Positions 24,629 to 38,801 of a stretch of 64,000 bases of DNA are shown piece after piece; position 1 is the first letter of the stretch, and each line of letters opens with the position of its first letter. Both the position numbers and the translations under genes were made by a program. This stretch comes from Macrostomum lignano (taxonomy: Eukaryota). Under the pieces are notes generated by a model that saw only the letters and a program-made list of their open reading frames with translations, was not told the DNA's origin and searched no databases. The stretch spans positions 1-64,000 of the forward strand of contig NIVC01000084.1 in assembly GCA_002269645.1 (NCBI GenBank), read 5' to 3'.

Positions 24629-26596
24629 ATGGAAACATCTTCCCGTGGGCTAGTTTTATTGAGTGATCTATTCAGCCCTCAGTGCCGGTGCACCCGACAT
24701 TGCACTTTTCCTCACATGCCCGCCACCCGGCTTTGTCTGAAGGTTAACAAGTTTACTTAGTTATTAAAGATTAGGAAATTTACGCACACCGCCCACCCCC
24801 TTTCTGTGTGATTGTCTGAGCTGCCCGCCTAGCGTCCCACGTAGCGTCCCACCTTCACTCAGTTGTGACTTGTTCTTTGTGTACGCGCTCGCGCCGGCCC
24901 ATCGGCGGCCGAGAAAGGTCTGTGGTTCCAAACCCCAAAGCCGTTTGGAGTGGGTGTTGTGCGTGGTAAAAAAATTGTTGGAGTAGAGCGAGGGAGGAGA
25001 GTAGAGGAGAGTGCGCGTGTTAAACCTGCCTTGACAAATCAACTTGTAAGTACACAATATTACGAGTACAAGCTATCTCTAGTAAACTCTCGGCTCCTCT
25101 GCCACGCTCCTCTGAGAAGTAAACTGCCTTCGCTTAAATTTCTTGGGAAAACTGCCTACTGGAGCTTTCGAGTTGTGGGTTCCAGGGACGGACCGGCTCA
25201 GTGTTCGATGCGATGTCACGCTCAGATATTACAGTCAGTTTGGGCCAGTCGGCTGCAGCGATCCTTAGCTCGTCCGCTGAAGGGGATTCTGAGTCACACT
25301 AGATCAGGCCTAGTCACAACAGTGGTCGTCCTGGGACTGATGGATCTGATCGCCAGATGGGTCAGTCGTTGATCGCGTGATGACCCTGCTGACGCTCTTG
25401 TCATCTGGTCATCATGGTTATTTTGTCATTTAAGCATCTGAAAAGCTCCAAATAAAGGGATTGGCGTTGAGAAATCGGGACTCAATGCTTCAGGCTCCAT
25501 TCTGATTAATAAGTTGGTATCACCTGGTAGCTAGGACGTTTGTTGTCTAACTTGATTAATTATTAATGTTTGAGTATAACTGGCTGGCGGAGCCCACTAA
25601 AACCATATTAGGTATACTTCGGTCGTCAAAGTTGCTGCTTTGTTCCGGTGTACGCTCGTAAAAGGCGCAATTTGGAAATCATCTACTAGTCTGAGAAACG
25701 TAGAATCGTAAGAATTTTACGAATCTTACGTAGAATTGTAGAATCGTAAAAGAGTCGAAAAATTCGTCCAAGAATCATTGTGCTGGCGCTTAACTTTCTA
25801 CAACTCAGTAGGCTAGTTAGAGTGCAATTAGGGTTCAATAGGCTAAAACAGAGTTTTCATTGTGCGATGAAAACGGTACCTAAGCCAAGAAGCGTCCCGG
25901 AGTCACTCGTGTCGCCCCAAAATCGTTTCCGACGCGTTGCAGATGACAGGTCGAATAGGAAAGAAGTGGTTCTAAACAACTCTAAAACGACAAGATGTCA
26001 CAGTACAAATCACCAAAAAGTCGCAGAAGCTCTTCAACGTCGCTGTATAACCTTTAGTGCATCACTTCTAAGTCGATGAGCATGCGTTTTTTATTCACCC
26101 AGAAATGACGATCCAGCAGTCTGTTTAAGGCCGGTAGCGACGACTCTGTAACGGCGTCCAGAACGCCTCAGAAGTGACGCACTAACGATTCTACAGTGAC
26201 GCTAAAGAGCTTCTTCTGCGACTTTTATGCGACTGCAGAACGCCGCTGAAACGCCGGAAATGTGACTCTGATTCATCAAGCGACGCAAATGCGCTTCAAA
26301 CACAACTCAGCGACTCTAATGCGACTCTAAAACGTCTCAAATACGACTCTATCGCCCCAGAATCGTTATAATGATAGTGCGTGTTTTAAATGTCTTGTTA
26401 TTGTGTAAGAAGCGCATTTGTCTATGGTTTGAACACTAACACGGCTAACACGGCTAAAGACCATGCCTTCGCAAGTAATGCTAAGCACAGAATACCTGTG
26501 TTATATGATGCTAATTGAGTGCATTTTATTATCAGTTATTGGGATTAAATTTTTAGTCAAGTCCAGTTCAGTCAGTCGTGAACCAATTTAGTTACA

Positions 26597-27710
26597 TTAG
26601 GATTCTGTTGGAACTAAATCAAATATCTCAATTGCTAGTGGTCCTCCACATGTTTGTCCGTATTCGGCATTCTGACATTGCTGGTTACAAAATCTTTTCG
26701 CCATCGGATTTCCATTAAGTATTTGATTGCCACAGTAGCATCGGTTGCCGTTTGCTAGACCAAATAATTTTCTGTAGATTTTAAAACAACTTGAAGCACA
26801 TTCTTTTTGGTTCATGACTTGGAAATTCTTTTTTACTTCTTTATGTAGCACCCTTTCCGTAGGGGACCAAAAAAAGCATCCTTTTGACGGTGCTGAAATA
26901 GCGAAATGGAGCGCGACTCAATATAATTCTTTTGGCGGCTCACTTGATACTTACTAGATGACATGTAGTAAGAACATCTCAACTTACCTGGCACCAATGG
27001 AATGGTAACACCTGTCACCTTGTAGACGCTCATAACATTCAAACCACCACATCTTGTCTCTTGTTTTCCACTACATCTTTGATTGCATCGATAGCGAGGC
27101 ACTTCAATACTATGGAGTTCGTTTCCACAAAAGCATTGATTTTTGGTTATTCCAAAAAACTTTTGATCCATAACTTGACAATTTGGCAAACAGAGATAAG
27201 GAGCCATTTTAGTGAAGTTTTGGCTAAAAAATTTTAGCGCCCACTGATCATTAATACGATGCACAAAGCAACCCACATAGTTTTCTGAAATGTTTTTATA
27301 GATTAGAGACGTATTTACTCAACTGTGTCATATACTCACACAGTTACATAAAAAACTGCATTTAAACAAACTACTAAAATCTGACTTAGCCAGCAAAAAA
27401 AGCGGGAAGAAGACCCAGGCAGTAGACGTCGTCGCGGCTTGCGATTTAGTTTAATAGTGCAATAGTGGGTACTTGATAATCAGTGGTTTTCAAGCTTTAA
27501 TACAAAAAGTTGGATGAGTACAAAGAATGGGTAAAAGGGTAAATGGGTAAAAGAAAGCGCAAACTTCAGCATTACTACCTATGTAAAAATTCGAATATTC
27601 ATTACGTACGTAGTATAACAACTCATACAAACACTGAGTCTCTCACCATTAGCTACGAAGACTCCCTCAACAGCAACGAGAAGAATCACACCGAAAGTAA
27701 TGTACAGCAT
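26597..27710 (-). CDS. WSC-B: signal peptide + 2 WSC domains (218 aa); exons 27710-27647, 27284-26988, 26892-26597
   Basis: Exon 1 MLYITFGVILLVAVEGVFVAN; phase-1 GT-AG introns; 8 Cys per domain; AATAAA downstream (~26530). Confidence 0.92.
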
Positions 27711-28379
27711 GATTGCCTTTTGGTTCAATCGTTTAATAAAAAATTATTTCAGCAGCATCGAGGCGTCAACTCTTTTATGGAAAAATTTTGAATTTAAATT
27801 CTTAAAAATATTTGTCTCACGTGGCACACGTGATAGTTCTACGTTAAGAGTGCCACGAAGAAATCGATTTTGAATTTAAAATATCTCAATTTTTCTCGTA
27901 GCTAAGTAACTTTTTCCTATCTCTTCAATTGGCATGTGCATTTCTTTTAGAATATGTAAAGTCACTTCTAATAAAAAATTCAAATTCCATTTAAATTCCA
28001 TAAACTTGCATAACGTTACATGCAGGTTTTTGTAAAATTTTCATTTAAAACAATTTTTAGGAATTTTTATAACAATCGTATTTGATTGCTTTATACGAGC
28101 TAAGATGATTATTATTTCACTTTTTCACTTCAAAATCTGTTGTGTTATGTTTATATTTATATTTTAGCTGAGTAAATACATAACTTTATCTCTCAATTTG
28201 AAAATTAAATAAAACATTTAAAAACTCAACCACATCTTGAATAGGCCCTGATTTCTTGCATAAAAATGTAAAGATCCACAGATTTGTGTAAAAATAGTAA
28301 AAGCTTTTTTTTCGTCATTAATTTTGCCTCAGCTAGGTGTAGCGACTTCAGTTGTAAGGCCACATCGTCACCTCTAAGT

Positions 28380-28630
28380 CTTACCTGCTCACAGCCAGTG
28401 CACGAGGTGCTCTTCTTGACTCTGCAGGCGACTTACAGGCGAGGACAGACGAGCACTCCACTTTGAAGTATCTCCTGCACCTGGACACTTGACCCTGGTC
28501 TTCACAGGCTGCCATTCCTTCTTTAGCCCTGCAGCTAAGTAGTTGATTGATGATGTAACATCGATCAGGCCCAAATAAAGTTTTCATGCATTCCTAAAAT
28601 CCTCCTGGATATTAGTGCTCACTTCCTCAC
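28380..28630 (+). mobile_element. old RTE-like relic upstream of WSC-B
   Basis: 'CSQPVHEVLFLTLQATYRRGQ' matches the RTE C-terminus at 5480-5530; homologous to 39440-39690 and to the end of 49430-49900. Confidence 0.6.
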
Positions 28631-28639
28631 CCACAGTTG

Positions 28640-31600
28640 CAAAGTGGAAACTGGAGTTCAACTAGAGTCGGTGGAAGGGCAAACTTTTGCGGGCAGACAC
28701 AACATGTTGCATAGGCTCGCAACACTAAATTCAGCATTCAAATTCAGCTGGAACCAGCCAGGCACACGATGGACAGTAGCAATAACGTTTTGCTTCAGTC
28801 AAAGCAGAGTAACAGGTTTCAGCAACTGCAGAAACCGGGGCTTCCTGAAAGACGGCGACCGGCAGTTGTGCAGCTGACCGCAGCAACCTCCTTGTGATGC
28901 AGCACTTGATGAAGATGCTGTCATTAGCAGTGAGAGTAATAGGGCATAGTGTACGCTGTGTACCTCTGGGTGGCGTGTGTACATTAAAGGGGGTTGTTGC
29001 AAATGGCAAATAAGATAAATATGCGCGTTGTAAGTCGGCACTTGTGCTAGTATTGACAAACTACGCGTTTTCAAGTCTTCACATCGGTGGCAGCGTGTTA
29101 TGTCCAGTGACGAGTCGTCCCCTGCGCTACGCCAGTCGCGTGAGTGCAGGCTGAATCGCAGTTTTGGTGAAGACGTGTCCCTGCCAGCTTGGATTGCGTT
29201 CCGAGAGCATGTGGGCCTAGTCATTAAGGCCAACACTATGGGTGGCCACAAGCAGTGGAGTGACCCAGAATTTGTGGCGGTGCAAAACCGGCTGCAGCTG
29301 AAGGGGGAGACCGAGCTACTGGTCTGCAGGCAGCGTCGGCGAAGGAGCCTTGGGTTGATAATAGCGATGAGCTGCTCAAAAAACTGGCGGAGCGCTATGA
29401 GACGGGACAAGGCGTGGAGGTGGCGATCCAGAATTTCGAGAGTGCTGCGCAGCTGAATATTGAGACTTTGGAAAAATTTTTGACTCGGCTCCGGCGGTTG
29501 GGAGCGAGTGCTTTCCATCACGATTCGGCGGACACGTTGAGGTCCCGCGTTCTGTGAAAGTTCATATCGAATATCCAAAAATGCAGAAGTACGCAAGGAA
29601 GTGCTTCGTCAGGGCTGGATGCAATCAGACGGACGGGCGGCAAAGACCTACGACGAAGTTTTTAAGGTGGCCAAAGCAGCGGAAGCGATGCTGCGGGTCG
29701 GTTGTGGCGTTGAAGTGGCGGAACCGTCCGGGATTGTGGCCGCAGTTGAAGCCCTGACCCAGAGGGTCAACAGCTTGACTGGCCGCCATGGACAGCGCCC
29801 AACGACGGCGCGGGCGACGGATGGACGCGTTGACTGCTGGTACTGCCGCTGCACCCATCGCGGGGGATAGCAAAAGTGCTTCAAGCGACTGAGGGAGAAT
29901 CCAAGCTGGCGGCCGGCATCGGCACCTGAGAGAGCGAATCCGGTGAGTGCAGAGGGGATGTCTGGGGTTCATATTATGGCTTTTAACGATGTTGGGGCAT
30001 GCATGATTCTTCGTTTGTCCGGTTTGAGAGCTCACCCGGCTGGAGCATGATTCGGAGCCCTTACGCGGACATCCGCATGGGCAATAGGTCGGTGATAAGC
30101 TTAATTGACACGGGGGCCGACAACAGCATCATTAGTGAAGAGCTGAGCAAGCAGTTGGGGGCACAATTACGAGCGTAGTAAACCACTTGCCACAGACATC
30201 GTTGCAGAGTGTGAACGGAGGACTGTTGAGTCTTAGGGGCGTGGCTATTCTGCCAGTTGATATTGGTGGTCGGACGTTAGAGCATGAGTTTTTGGTGGTC
30301 AGCAACATGGTGGTTCCGTCGATTGTTGGAGTGGACTTGCTTTGTAAGCTGGGAAACTTGACTTTTGATCTTAAAAAAACTCAACGCTTACTATTGACGC
30401 AACGCATCAAGTCGTCCCTCTGTTGAAGTCTCCGAGTCGGCAAGGCTTTGATTCCTGCATGCTATTGACGGCGGAAAAGACGTCGCTGCCGCCGAGGACA
30501 GAGGCTCTAGTCGAGTGTCATGCTTCTCACTTGAGTGCCGGTCTGGCTTACTTGGTTGAGGACGACGACGAAAATGATTCTGCGTTGACGGTCGCAACAT
30601 CGGTTGGCTGTGGGCTTGATGGAAGGGTAGCGGTCCTTCTTCGGAATGGGTCTGACGATGTTGTCGAGGTGCCATCCGGCGTTCCCGTTGCCCGAGCTTA
30701 TGCAGTGGCGTCAGTGAGCTTGGTCTCGGCGAAAACAACAAGGTCACCACCTGCGAAAGGGAACGTTTCCTACAAGGTGAACCCAGATCTCACAGGTTAG
30801 CAGCAAGAGAAAATTAATGCTCTCTTAGAAGAGTTTGATGACGTGATGTGGAAGGAGGGCGAGAGCTTACCGTTAGTCGATGTTGGGGTGCAGCACGTAA
30901 TACGGCTGAAACCAGAGGCCGTCCCCTTTCACGCAAAAGCGCGCCAGCTCTCTCCCACTGAGGAAGGGGAAGTGCGGCGTGAAATCGAGAAGCTAGTGGA
31001 CACTGGGCTGATACGGCCGAGCTCGTCACCCTGGGCCGCTCCGATCGTCTGCGCCAGGAAAAAAGATGGACGGCCCAGGCTTGCCATAGACTATCGAGGG
31101 CTCAATGCCCGGTCTCTACCTAACACCATGCATCCACTGCCGCACATCGAGGATTTGATTGACAGGCTAGGGGAAGGTCGCTATTTCTTGACGCTGGATG
31201 CCAAGTCCGGGTACTATCAGATGCCGCTGAGGGACGAGGATAAGCATCTGACGAGCTTTGTGGTACCATGGGGTCAGTATCACTGGGAGCGAGGCTGTCC
31301 GTTTGGGTTCTCGGGTATGCCGTCCAGTTTTCAGCGGCTAATGAGCGTCGCTTTGGGGGATCTCTTATGTTTAGGGACGCATTGTGCTACATGGATGACG
31401 TTTTCTGCTTTGGGCGGACCTGGTCGGAGCACATGAAAAGGTTGCAGAGAGTTTTGGAAAGAAATCGGGAATCCGGAATGAAAATGGCTACGGAAAAGTG
31501 CGTCTTTGGGGTCACGGAAATTAAGTACCTGAGGCACGTGGTGAGCAACGGGCGGGTAGCCATTTCTCCGAATAGAGTCGAAGCTCTGAAAGACGTTCCG

Positions 31601-34600
31601 CAGCCGAATAAAGCTGGCGAACTGCAGAAAGCTTTAGGTGCCTTCGGTTTTGTTCAGAAGTGAATTCCGGGTTACGCGGATCTCACCAAGCCGTTTCATG
31701 CCATGCTGCGGCGAGCGAAGAAGAATGACACCCTTCAATGGACGCCGGCGAGCGAAAAGGCGTTTTCGGAAATCAAAAGTAGCCAAGCCTCAGCCGTCTT
31801 TGAAAATTCCTGATTTTGACCGGCGTGTGACGCCAGCAAGAACGCAACTGGGGCGCTCCTGGCGCAGAGGCTCCCCGATGGTACCTTGGATCCGATAGGT
31901 TTTTATCATTACACTCTGAATAAGGCGGAGCAGAATTACTGCACGACGGATCGGGAGCTCCTTGCTATCGTGAAGGCTGTCAAACGTTTCCGGCTGTATT
32001 TGGTCGTTTGACCTTATCACAGACCATCGACCGCTGACTTACCTGCACAATTTAGACATACAAGATCCTCAAGGCAGACGCGGTCGCTGGGTAGAGCGAC
32101 TTCAGGGCTATGATTTTACTCCCATCTACAAGGAGGGCAGGAGCCCGGAGCTGAGCATGGCAGACTTTCTGTCGCGGTTGACAGTAATGGGCAGGTGCGA
32201 CGTGGGGGGGGGGTACTCCCGGGACAGCGCACGCGGCTGGCGTGCTTGCAGTACAGTGGGAACCGGCGCAGATTGCCCAGGAGCAAGCCAATGATCCGGA
32301 GCTTGCCAGGCTCCATGAAGAGGCCCGCAGAAGTTGGAGGTGGGGGCTGATGGAGTCCTCCGTTATCTTAACTTCAAGGGGCGTAGTTGCATGGAAAACA
32401 AGTTTGGTCGGATGCTGCAGAAACTTGTGGTGGTACCAGTTAATCGGCGAAAAGAGCTGTTGCGGGTCTCACATGACCACGAGTTGAGTGGGCACATGGG
32501 TGTCACTCGTACGTGGCACCACTTGTAGTCTCTAGCTTGGTGGCCACAGATGAAAAACGACGTAGAGGAGTATATTCGGTCGTGCGATCTCTCTTTGGCT
32601 TTAAAAGACCAAAGCATCTAGAAGTGCCACCGTGGCAGCCAACAGACGTTCCTTCTCGCCCATTAGAGAAGCTTCAAGTGGACTTTTGTAAGCCATTGCC
32701 CACGGCGGTCGATGGCAGTCGCTATTTTTTGGCGATTCAGGATGTCTTCTCGAGGTACACCGTGTTCGTACCGACCGCAGACTCTACGGCAGCAGCCGCG
32801 GTCAGTGCCATCGTTGACGGCTGGCTTCCGACGTTTGGGATCCCTAACGTCATTCAGTCAGACAGAGGGACTCACTTCACGAGCAGCGTCTTCGAGCAGA
32901 TGTGCGCCGAGCTGGGAGTGCGGCAGGTGCTCAGCTCCCCCGAGCATCCGGAGTCCCAAGGTCAGGTGGAACGGCAAAATCAGCTTTTAGATAGCGTGCG
33001 AATGTTGGTTGACTCGGATAGGGCTGCTTGGCCTCAGAATTTGCGCTCTGTGCAGTTTGCACATAACTCTGCGCCAAATCAGACGACTGGTTTCAGTCCG
33101 CACGAGATTTTGTTCGCTACCTCAGCCTTTCGGCCGGAAAACATCTTGATGCAGCGGTTGACGGGAAAGGAGAAGGGGAGGAAGGCACCCGCATGCAGCA
33201 ACACGGTTGTGCTCCGCAAGTTGCGCTCCCAAATGAAGGTTGCCGATTTTGTGCGCCGGCAGATTCTAAAGGCCCAGTCTGACAGGCGTGAGTGCCAGAA
33301 GGCCACGGCGGAGCCCTTTGCTTTGGGGCAGTTGGTTCGGAAGAAGCTCAGCACCGCGGAAAGGGGGCGTACGGGAGGAAAGCTTGCTGCTTTCAAGTCG
33401 AAGAGCAAGTACCGGGTGGTGGGCCGGAACGGGTGGACGTATCGTCTCACACCAGAGGGAGGCAACGCGGTGATTTTCCGGCACCACAACCGCTTGGAGC
33501 GGGCACCGAAGAGCAGTCGGTTTCATTCACAGACAAAGTTGACAGTACCGGAAGGGGGTCGAAAAGGGGAAGCCACACAGGAACACGCACCGAGCTCGGA
33601 CATAAACACAAGTGATTCCGAAGCAAATGACGATCTTGGGGACGCTCGCACGGTGAGAATCGCTGAGGCTGCCGCACCCTCCTTTTCAGATCTCCGGCGG
33701 AGCCGACGGACCAGCCAACAACGCCAGCTACTTCAAGTGAACCCGATCGGGACCAAGCGGTACCACGAGGCGCCCCCCCGGCGTCGGATATTGATTAACA
33801 GTACCCGAATTTCCCTGTTTCGGTGACGCTTTGGCAATGCAAGCGTATAATACTGACATGAAAGTTCGAGTCTTTTTTGAGGGGAGGAGTGTCATGAGCA
33901 GTGAGAGTAATAGGGCATAGTGTACGCTGTGTACCTCTGGGTGGCGTGTGTACATTAAGGGGGGGTTGTTGCAAATAGCAAATAAGATAAATATACGCGT
34001 CTCGGCTTGTAAGTCGGCACTTGTGCTTGTATTGACAAGTCTTCACAATGCCAACAGCATCAAAATCGCACTTCAGGTAGCACCAGTCAAAACCAACCGG
34101 TCACGCAAAATAGCTGTCGCTCTCACTAGGCAGGCGTCCGTCTCCATGGCAACTGGTCTCCTGCCCGTGGGCCAAATCTCACTACCTCGCTGCTGCCGCA
34201 ATGCCACCTTCCACCAGCCGAGGATGCTCTTCAACTGGTCATCCACCGACAGCCGATCCTTTGGGCTTGACAGGTTGTCGACGTGGTCGATCAAGTCGCG
34301 CAAGAACGGCCGGCCGTTGCCGATCACTTGGCAGGCCCAGTTGAGCTTGCCCACCAGCTTCTGCAGCTCATGCTTGGAGATCCGCCGCATCGCACAGCAC
34401 TGATCAAGGCTGACCGCAGCTCTTCCACTTTGGATCCTGCCAAGCTCATGAGTCCTGATAGAGCATTGAATTGAATGCCTAGGAAGCACATTTCCTGAGT
34501 CGACTGCACACACTTCTTCCAGTTAACAGTCAGGCCCAGCCTCTGCACGAGCTGCATCAGCTCCGTGTAGAAATACCGGCAATCAGTCAGCAACCCCGCG

Positions 34601-35430
34601 AAGCCGAAGTCGTTCATGCAGACGCCGAAGTTTTAGAACATGAGCTTGAGCATCATGAACCGGATGGCATTACTAATCTGGAAGAAGTTGCTAAGAGATG
34701 CCGCAGCACCAAACGGCTGCCGGGTGTCCACCGTGTAGATCAGCTCAGCATCGCCTTCGAACGTGAACTTCAGGCCGGTGAGGCAGTGGTCACTCGAGTG
34801 AATGCCGCCAGATCTGTAGGCCTGGCTCAGGTCCACCTTGCACATGTACGAGTGCATACCGTTGTGCAGCCTTCTGCCAAAAGCCCCTGCCGAAGAAAAC
34901 TGAAGCTTTCATTGTCAAACGAACATGTCATTGCCAGCGCGACCTTGAGGCTGCAGGCTGCAGTCATGGATGAGCCGGATGCCTCCACCCGACTTGGGAA
35001 TGGCGCCCAGGGCGCTCACAATCACTGGCTTGGCGCAAACGCAATATCTGCCCTCTGTAGTTCCTCACGAACTTGAGCCTGAACACCTGCACGGTGATGA
35101 TTGACGGATCTGTAGATATTCTGCTCAACAGTGTCAACGGTACAACTGACATTCAGATTTGTTCAGCTCCAGCCGCTTCTGAGTGCTGATGAAGCACCCG
35201 ATACGTGCTCGGATGCTGCTTTCCTGGCTGCTGCAGTTCGCCCTCCAGCTGTGGGTCCTAACCCTAAGTCCTCAAAGCATGAGTACGCACCGGGCACTGC
35301 AACATCAACCAAGGCAGCGAGGCCTACTTCCCTAAACATGGCATAACCCCCCTGGCCGGCGGGGGGAGATGCAAACACGCGAGGGGATGTGGAGCGTACG
35401 CAAAAGCCGGTTATCGCCGCAGTGCAAACC
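28640..35430 (-). mobile_element. Ngaro/DIRS-like retroelement RT-RNase H remnant (28640-28918 and 34048-35430), split by the Gypsy insertion
   Basis: 'VSALGAIPKSGGGIRLIHDCS', 'CKVDLSQAYR..DTRQPFG', 'LVGKLNWACQV', 'METDAC'. The RNase H motif 'LHHKEVAAV' resumes on the far side of the Gypsy element. Confidence 0.8.
28919..34047 (+). mobile_element. full-length but decayed Ty3/Gypsy LTR retrotransposon (5129 bp)
   Basis: LTRs 28919-29083 and 33890-34047 (several substitutions plus indels); 4-bp TSD ATGC; PBS-like CGGTGGCAGCG (tRNA-Leu-like); PPT GAGGGGAGGAG; gag knuckle, protease LIDTGAD, RT (AIDYRGLN, LDAKSGYYQ, YMDD), RNase H and integrase, with many stops and frameshifts. Confidence 0.95.
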
Positions 35431-37119
35431 AATAAGAATTTGCGACAACTTTGCTGCTAAAATTATGCTTTCTAGTAATAAGTTTACTGATTTTTATCAA
35501 TGAAGTCTGTACTTTAACGTTAAAGGCGTAAGACTGAAAAATGGCCTTTTTAATTAAAAATGTCCATTTCTATTAATTTATTTTTCATTTACCAAAATTG
35601 TTTGTAGGAAATCCAACTAATATTGATGAATTGTACATTATATGGAGAGGTCAGTGTGTTATTCATTTCTGCTTCGAGGGATCGAAGTTGATCTCAGAGT
35701 AAAATATGGCAAAAGAGACGTGGCGGAGAGGTAGAATTGCATAGCAGCACGTATTTAGGTATAGGCGGGTGGACTTCACTACCTCTAGTATGACGCAGGG
35801 TAAGATAAGAGTGTGAGTATTTATTTGACAATGAAAATTGCATGCGAAAGGGAGGTATGGATGATGTAACCAGAGAAGAGGGTTGATGATTAAATCAGGC
35901 TCGATATATGGGTCTGTGTTGGGAATATATCTGATTGTCCATCAGAATGTAATGCGATAGAGATCGGGTTGGAATTTGTTGACGGTTAGAAATGGAAAGA
36001 TTTTGCCTGAGAGCAAGGACAAGTGTCTCTATTAGATTTGCTAGATGGGGTCTAAGCTGTGAGGACGAGTCTGCCAACCATTGAATATTATAAGGAGGGG
36101 TGGCTGGTGTGGAAAATGTATACAATTTATACATTTACGAGTATACAAGTCAAAATGGTTAGAGTTGGAGAATTAAAGTTGGTTCAACATGCAAAGTGTG
36201 CAATATATTTGATTTAGTGCGTATGAGCTTCGAGGGGAGAAGATGTAAGTGTACAGCAGCATCTGCTATGGCATGTTTACGCGTACGGTAATTACCAAAG
36301 AGAGCTCGACAAGCCGTCTTGTATCATCCTCACTGTCAATAGAAACAGATAGTGTATCGCTTCAACACAGTCTTGTATTGGGGACAGACTTGGACGGAGA
36401 TTTATAATGCCGCAACCCACCCATTGCTTCGATAGAGAGTTCGTACGGGGCCACGCCTCTATAGAGACATACGCATTGTAGGCTATTGTATAAATTCGAG
36501 TGATTTCGAAAAAGAATTCTTCAGCATATTTAAAGCAGTTTCCGATGGAAAAAATTACCTTGGGCTCTATTGTATGAACCTTGTTTTGGGGTATGTGGCG
36601 GATATTAATGGAGGTTGTCGATATACACAAAGGCACAAGTATAGTAGAACCATACACTGCGCATGAGGTAATACTAGCTAGACAATATATACACATAGAC
36701 ATGCAGGTAATGGGACTATAAATGTACATACAGGTATATAAGTAGATGTAAAAGTAGACAATACACGAGCGTACATAAAGAAGCAGATATTTAAATTTAG
36801 CCGGCTTAGGATAGCATCTTGGCAGACTACTTACTTTTTTATGAAAGTAGAATAACATGCGTTTTTGCGACAAAAAATCTAAAAACCCAATTACGAGCCA
36901 ATTAAGTCTACCTGCGCATTGCCTCCATTGCCTTTTAGGTAATGATGTCAAGAGAGTTGAAATAAGAAATGACGGAGTCAGAATTTTTTACAGACTTTAA
37001 ATAATTTTATTGAACGCTGTTAATGGTGTTTGAACTTTTTATTTTATTATCAATTTTTCAGATCACATTTTGAGTCCAGTTCAGTTTAGTTAGTTGCGTT
37101 CCGGTCAGTTTAGTTGAAT

Positions 37120-38801
37120 TTAGACCTTTATAAGGACTAAATCGAATATCTCAATTCCCAATGATCCTCCACATTTTAGACCGTATTGGGCATTTTGACA
37201 TTGCTGGTTACAATAATATTGGGTCACCGCAGTTGCCCTAATTATTTTATTGCCACAGTAGCATCGGTTGCCGTTTGCTAGACCAAATAACTTTGCGCTT
37301 TTTTTAAGGCAGCTTCTGGCACAATTTTCCTGGTTCATGACTGGGAAATTTTCTTTCATTTCAGAATCTAGCACCAGTTCAATGGGGTCCCACAAAAAGC
37401 ATCCCCTTGAAGGCGCTGAAATGGCGAAACATAAGCGAGAAAAAAAATTTGGCGGCTAGCTAACTTGACACTTACTAAATGACATGATGTAGTTAAAAAA
37501 CTGTTTCACTTACCTGGCACCAATGGAATGGTAATGCCTGTCACATTGTAGACGCTCATAGCGTTCAAACCACCACATCTTGTCTCTTCTTTTGCACTAC
37601 ATCTTTGATTGCATCTGTTTGGTGTAATTTTCAGAGTTAAGAGATCGTTTCCACAATAGCATTTATTTTTGGTTATTCCAAAAAACCTTTTTCCCAAAAC
37701 TTGACAATTGGGCAAACAGAGGTAAGGAGCCATTCTAGTGGATTCTTGACTAAAAAATTTTAGAGCCTCGGATTCGCCTCTCTTGTGCACAAAGCAACCT
37801 GCATAATGTTCTGAAATGGTTTGATAGATTAGAGACGTATTTAATCAACTTGTTTATAAACTCAGTTACAAACTGAGTTACAAACATTTACTAAAAGCTG
37901 CCTTAGCCAGCAAAAAATTGGAATGAAGACCCAGACAGTAGACGTTGTTGGGGCTTGCAATTTGATTGAATAGTGATTGGGGGGTACTTGATAGCAAGTG
38001 ATTTCCAAGCTTAAGCATAAGGATGAGCATAAAGAAAGAGTAAATAAAAAGGCAAAAAGTTGGACGTCGGGCAGACCAAAAGGGTTCTACACTTTGATCT
38101 GTAAACACCCCCTTCCACACAAGCTGCTATGTAGAGATAGCTATAGATTGTGGCCTATTTAACTGATCTACGAGTATTTATGGGCTGGGGCATCAAATGG
38201 CTGGGAACTTACTGATTTGATCTGAAATTAAGGTGGAAATTTATTACTTTTGAAAAATGTAGATTCTCATTACATAAAGTTTACAGGCCACGTGCAAAGC
38301 CTCTCTGTATGGCCCTCGGGCCCTTTAAAACTTCACAATAGCAATCCAGCCCGCCAATATTTATACTCTTCTCTCTAATCTCCTCTCTCTTCCTTTCATC
38401 TCCTCGCCTCTCCTCTTTTCTCTCTTCTTTTATTCATCACTCCTCTCCTGTCGTCTCATTTCTTCTCATTTATTCACTCGCCTCTCTTTTCTCATCCCCC
38501 CTCTATCTTCTCTCTCCCCTCTCCCCTCCCCCCCCCCAGCCCGCAGCCATGCTCTATAGGCTATCTATCTGCCCCTTGAGGTAAAAACGTCAAGATCACG
38601 ATCTCAGGCGTGCTTTGGCTTATTCAGTACTTACTGAATTCGGCTGAAATTTAGTGCGCAAACTTAGCATTAATTAAAAAATAGAATAGCTTCATGTACG
38701 TGCGAATTATAACAACCCAAATCAAAACAGAGTCTCTTACCACCGGCAGCGAAGACGCCCGGAGCAGCAACGAGAATAATCATAGCGAGAGAAAAATACA
38801 T
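37120..38801 (-). CDS. WSC-C: signal peptide + 2 WSC domains (217 aa); exons 38801-38741, 37810-37514, 37415-37120
   Basis: Exon 1 MYFSLAMIILVAAPGVFAAG; phase-1 GT-AG introns; 8 Cys per domain; TATAAAA at 38884-38890 on the minus strand. Confidence 0.92.

Noticed and set aside
35186-35214. CTGATGA followed by a perfect AGCAC/GTGCT stem (hammerhead-like)
   Set aside because: Lacks the essential GAAA after stem II and lies in the antisense of Ngaro coding sequence.
36292-36951. 219-aa hydrophobic minus-strand ORF
   Set aside because: No recognisable motif, no splice structure and no paralogue in the window; the 'GRLNW' similarity to RT is too short. Treated as a chance ORF pending a database search.
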